This document shows positions 33,322 through 35,598 of a DNA stretch of 35,598 nt, one piece after another (within the stretch, counting starts at the first letter, position 1; every line of letters starts with the position of its first letter). The position numbers and the translations under genes were made by a program. Source of the stretch: Octopus bimaculoides (Eukaryota); contig NC_068999.1 of NCBI RefSeq assembly GCF_001194135.2, positions 49,823,651 through 49,859,248 on the forward strand. Direction: 5' to 3'. Below the pieces are notes generated by a model, which worked only from the letters and a program-made list of their open reading frames with translations, searched no databases and had not been told where the DNA came from.

Positions 33322-33380
33322 AAATCTCATCTGATGATCGCAAAGGCATGAAACTCGAGACGCGAGTAAAAACTGGATTT
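33322..33380 (+). ncRNA. Hammerhead-like motif with intact core and full stem III
   Basis: AAATCTCAT-CTGATGA-TCGCAAAGGCAT-GAAA-CTCG-AGACG-CGAG-TA-AAAACTGGATTT. Stem III ACTCG/CGAGT, GUA site; stems I and II weak. Confidence 0.4.
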
Positions 33381-33644
33381 AAAGAAAACACTCGCATATC
33401 TTGGAGTAACTAGGGACTTTGATGAAAGACTACATCTTTTAAGTTTTGTCTTCATTTGAAAAAAATCAAGGCTTACAAAAAACGAACGGAAATAGTTCTT
33501 TATATTCCACACTTACTTCTTATTACAATACATTCGTATCTTTTCATTCTTTACAATGAACCAGAAAAAAATTTTAAATAAATGAAAGAAATCTGAACAA
33601 AAGATATTATTATATATCTTGTATCATTTATTTGTGGATTTCTA

Positions 33645-33690
33645 TTAGTTATTGGACTGCGGCCATACTGGGGTACCGGCTCGAAGGCTT
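33645..33690 (-). mobile_element. SINE family B, 3' terminal fragment
   Basis: GACTGCGGCCATACTGGGGTACCG resembles 17517-17540 and 9534-9556. Confidence 0.5.
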
Positions 33691-34358
33691 CAATTTATAC
33701 CACTTTTTATTAGTCATGTAGCAATCAAAATTGATTCAGCTATTGGTCACATGTATTTGTTCCTTTCCTACTTTTTATGTTAATATGCCCACGACCGTAC
33801 CATCGAATTTTCCATCTTTAATAAATCCGTTGGTTTCTGGCCATTTAAGGATCTCCCACAGGCATATTATAACAGGCATTTTTCATGCCGCGAAATTTAG
33901 ATAACATTCTTGAGAATTGTGTGATTAGAATTTTCATCATTTTCATTTTGTTTCTCGAATCTTCAAAAAGAAAGATTTTGCTCGTGTATGCTAATTTCAA
34001 AATTAACGTGGTTACACAGCTTTGGCCACAATAGAGACGGTTAGAGTAATTTGATATTAAAGACATTAGGCACGCTGACTCTATGAAACAATCTAAAGTT
34101 ATGCCCCGTGTAACATATCGTATTACAGTGCAGAGAAGCCCCTCGTGCGATTGATTAAACTTTGTGTCGATGCAGGTGAAATAGCTCTAACATTTCTATA
34201 AAAGAAAAAAAAACTGGCCTGTATGAAAAGATGTTGATTAAAATAGATTTTTTTTTCATTGTCCTGATCCTGATGTTAATGGTAGTGTTGTATGACAATT
34301 TAAGAAGGACATACGATCTTCGCATATGTCTGGCTATCTAGCTAGCTAACTAGTTATA

Positions 34359-34409
<51 letters not shown>

Positions 34410-34803
34410 NNNNNNNNNNNNNNNNNNNNNNNNNNNNNNNNNNNNNNNNNNNNNNNNNNNNNNNNNNNNNNNNNNNNNNNNNNNNNNNNNNNNNNNNNNN
34501 NNNNNNNNNNNNNNNNNNNNNNNNNNNNNNNNNNNNNNNNNNNNNNNNNNNNNNNNNNNNNNNNNNNNNNNNNNNNNNNNNNNNNNNNNNNNNNNNNNNN
34601 NNNNNNNNNNNNNNNNNNNNNNNNNNNNNNNNNNNNNNNNNNNNNNNNNNNNNNNNNNNNNNNNNNNNNNNNNNNNNNNNNNNNNNNNNNNNNNNNNNNN
34701 NNNNNNNNNNNNNNNNNNNNNNNNNNNNNNNNNNNNNNNNNNNNNNNNNNNNNNNNNNNNNNNNNNNNNNNNNNNNNNNNNNNNNNNNNNNNNNNNNNNN
34801 NNN

Positions 34804-34851
<48 letters not shown>

Positions 34852-35403
34852 TTATGTATGTATGTATGTATGTATGTTGTTCTTACAATTCACACAAGTG
34901 TTTTGATTTTGATATTGATGTTCCGTATGATTTTGTGATTTTTAAAAGCTTCCTGCAAATGCATCAAGCCAAGCTGACTTGCAATAAATTAATGATAACA
35001 ACGACATAAACTCTTTTCTTATTTTGTTAAGAAAAAAAAAAACTACAGGAAAGAGCCCAAAAAATATTTCAAAACAAAAAATAAAGGAAAGCTTTCCTAG
35101 CATAATCGTACATGTTTCGCATTAAACAAACAGTTTAATGGAAATGATGGAATTCGACAGTCTCACTTTCTCAAACATAAACAGAAGCCAAAGGAAAGTA
35201 AATGAGGAATCCCAAGATCAATTACAGTCTGTAAATGGTGTTAGAAGTGACACAAGTTGAATGTCAATATAAGGGACGTGATATTATGGGGTTAAATGAA
35301 ATGAGACGCATATAGACATGAACTATATGTTTATCTATATATTGTTACACGCAAAAGTATGCACACAAACACACACACACACACACAGACTGTGATATAC
35401 GTG

Positions 35404-35435
<32 letters not shown>

Positions 35436-35446
35436 CATGTGTGTGA

Positions 35447-35477
<31 letters not shown>

Positions 35478-35598
35478 CGTGTGCGTGTGTAAGAAATAAA
35501 AAGGGATTAAAAATCCAGGAAGATATCAATAAAACAGTCTGTTTCAAACGAATGTGGCTGACTATAAAGGATGTGAACGATGTTCTTGTATATATATA

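Noticed and set aside
103-35547. Numerous ORFs rich in YI, CV, HT, SL, ER, poly-L/F/I/R or X
   Set aside because: They are translations of (TA)n, (TG)n, (CA)n, (CT)n, triplet repeats and N-gaps; no domain content.
1-35598. CRISPR array, rRNA or prokaryotic operon
   Set aside because: No regularly spaced repeat-spacer array, rRNA-like sequence or gene-dense coding; the sequence is eukaryotic repeat-rich DNA.

Overview
AT-rich, gap-ridden (16 N-runs, most flanked by (TA)n or other microsatellites) eukaryotic non-coding DNA. The repeat content resembles an octopus/cephalopod genome (inference from my recollection of these repeat families, not a search). I find no supportable host protein-coding exon; nearly all ORFs in the track are translations of microsatellites or N-runs. 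The window holds many copies of three tRNA-derived SINE types, three 3'-end fragments of R4/Dong-like non-LTR retrotransposons with a restriction-like endonuclease (RLE), a degenerate Penelope-like (PLE) RT remnant and a Helentron-associated (HINE-like) element. The most interesting signal is about ten minimal hammerhead-ribozyme (HHR)-like motifs from at least five unrelated repeat families. They include a retrozyme-like tandem unit (353 nt between two predicted cleavage sites, 21273-21843), a 182-bp palindrome built from two inverted HHR repeats (9892-10073), and a three-copy family with compensatory stem changes. Most cores carry substitutions, so activity is unproven.
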